Below are positions 63,331-64,000 of a stretch of DNA of 64,000 nucleotides, piece after piece. Origin of the DNA: an uncultured Lentisphaeria bacterium (GTDB lineage Bacteria > Verrucomicrobiota > Lentisphaeria > Victivallales > UBA1829); the NCBI GenBank assembly GCA_949287225.1, contig CASEFP010000110.1, positions 17,237 to 81,236 of the forward strand, read 5' to 3'. The notes under the pieces were generated by a model. It did no database searches and was not told where the DNA came from. It was given only the letters and a program-made list of their open reading frames with translations. Made by a program: the position numbers and the translations under genes. Position 1 is the stretch's first letter. Each line of letters opens with the position of its first letter.

Positions 63331-64000
63331 TGTTCAGACATTCGGAATTTTCCACTGGAAACGGCGGCATCACCGAACACTTTTTCTCGGGCGTTTCCGC
63401 GCGCGGAGGCGATTTCGCGGAGGAGGCGGAAGCGCTCTTCAAGGAGTATCACACCATCCTTGCTTCGCATGGATGTTCGCTGGAAAGCGAAATCCTCCTG
63501 CGCTTTCACCTGAGCGACGTGACGAATCAGACGCCGTTTCTCTGCGAACTGATCAACGGCCGTTCTTCGTTCATCTCCATTGTGGGACAGCCGCCGGCGT
63601 GCGGTTCCCGGATCGCGCTCGAGGCGTGGCACTGGTGCGGAAGCAAACTCAAACAGCTTCACGACGGTGCGCTCGAGTGCGTGATGCGGAATTACAAAAT
63701 TCTCTGGTTCCAGACGCCCGATCCCGCCGTCGCTGGAAGCGCGAAGCAGACTGCCGACGAATTCGAGGCGCTCAAGCGCGGACTGGCTCCTTATCAGGGA
63801 ACAGTGGAAGCCAATACCGTCCGCACGTGGCTCTACTGCCGCGATGTGGACAATAATTACGGCGGACTAGTCGCGGCGCGCAACGAATTTTTTGCAGCAA
63901 ACGGGCTTTCCACCTCCACGCATTTCATCGCGAGCACCGGAATCGAGGGACAGATGGCAAAGCCTTCGCGCCTGGTTCAGATGGATTCGGTCAACTGGAT
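63330..64000 (+). CDS. tandem RidA/YjgF-like (chorismatase FkbO/Hyg5-like?) protein, 3' end cut by window edge
   Basis: Absent from the ORF track because no stop falls inside the window. By hand translation the frame from ATG 63330 stays open to nt 64000 (MFRHSEFSTGNGG...RTWLYCRDVDNNYGGLVAARNEFF...). The ATG overlaps the upstream TAA (TAATG). Two RidA-like halves are suggested. Family call tentative. Confidence 0.6.
   Translation, partial: MFRHSEFSTGNGGITEHFFSGVSARGGDFAEEAEALFKEYHTILASHGCSLESEILLRFHLSDVTNQTPFLCELINGRSSFISIVGQPPACGSRIALEAWHWCGSKLKQLHDGALECVMRNYKILWFQTPDPAVAGSAKQTADEFEALKRGLAPYQGTVEANTVRTWLYCRDVDNNYGGLVAARNEFFAANGLSTSTHFIASTGIEGQMAKPSRLVQMDSVNW

Noticed and set aside
1-64000. 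Search for a mobile element, prophage, integron, toxin-antitoxin or defence island
   Set aside because: I found no integrase, transposase, recombinase, reverse transcriptase, phage structural, restriction-modification, Cas or toxin-like translation in any of the listed ORFs. By eye there is no tRNA gene to serve as an integration site. The only repeat-like entities are the short structured intergenic elements reported above.

Overview
This is a GC-rich, densely packed bacterial chromosomal segment. About 50 protein-coding genes can be supported; most are housekeeping or envelope genes. No rRNA, tRNA, CRISPR array, transposase, integrase, prophage or recognisable defence gene was seen by eye.

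The DUF1549/DUF1553 + DUF1501 gene pair, an H-X9-(D/N)G pseudopilin-like domain and a short parE-parC pair suggest a member of the PVC superphylum (Verrucomicrobiota, Kiritimatiellota or Lentisphaerota). That placement is an inference, not a search result.

Genes recognised from motifs:
- Left part: a 2-hydroxyacyl-CoA dehydratase-like fragment, hisI, an in-frame murB-ddl fusion and mutS.
- A long minus-strand run: trpF, coaX, manC, pilC/gspF, two tandem pilB/gspE ATPases, parC, parE, purT, a FabK/NMO-like reductase and a split chrA pair.
- Middle: a TatD-like hydrolase, an MlaA-alpha/beta-hydrolase fusion, pta, maf, a polyprenyl synthase and recN.
- An envelope group: a PSD-like decarboxylase, a GT-C-like membrane protein, a family-5 SBP, a GT2 and an M24 peptidase.
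- plsY-gpsA.
- A carbohydrate island: GH36 alpha-galactosidase, nhaC and two large uncharacterised GH-like proteins.
- Right part: dsbD, a Gfo/Idh/MocA oxidoreductase with araC, and a DUF1549/1553-DUF1501-PPC-RidA-like operon.

The feature least explained by gene calls is a family of at least six copies of a conserved ~65-nt intergenic element. Its core hairpin is CCAGCT-TGCGC-AGCTGG. The copies sit in four intergenic regions, in both orientations, and are embedded in runs of unrelated hairpins with T-tracts. They bracket one lipoprotein gene and form an inverted pair upstream of dsbD.

The many very long antisense ORFs in the track are treated as GC-driven shadow ORFs. All functional calls rest on motifs read from the translations. 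No database search was run.
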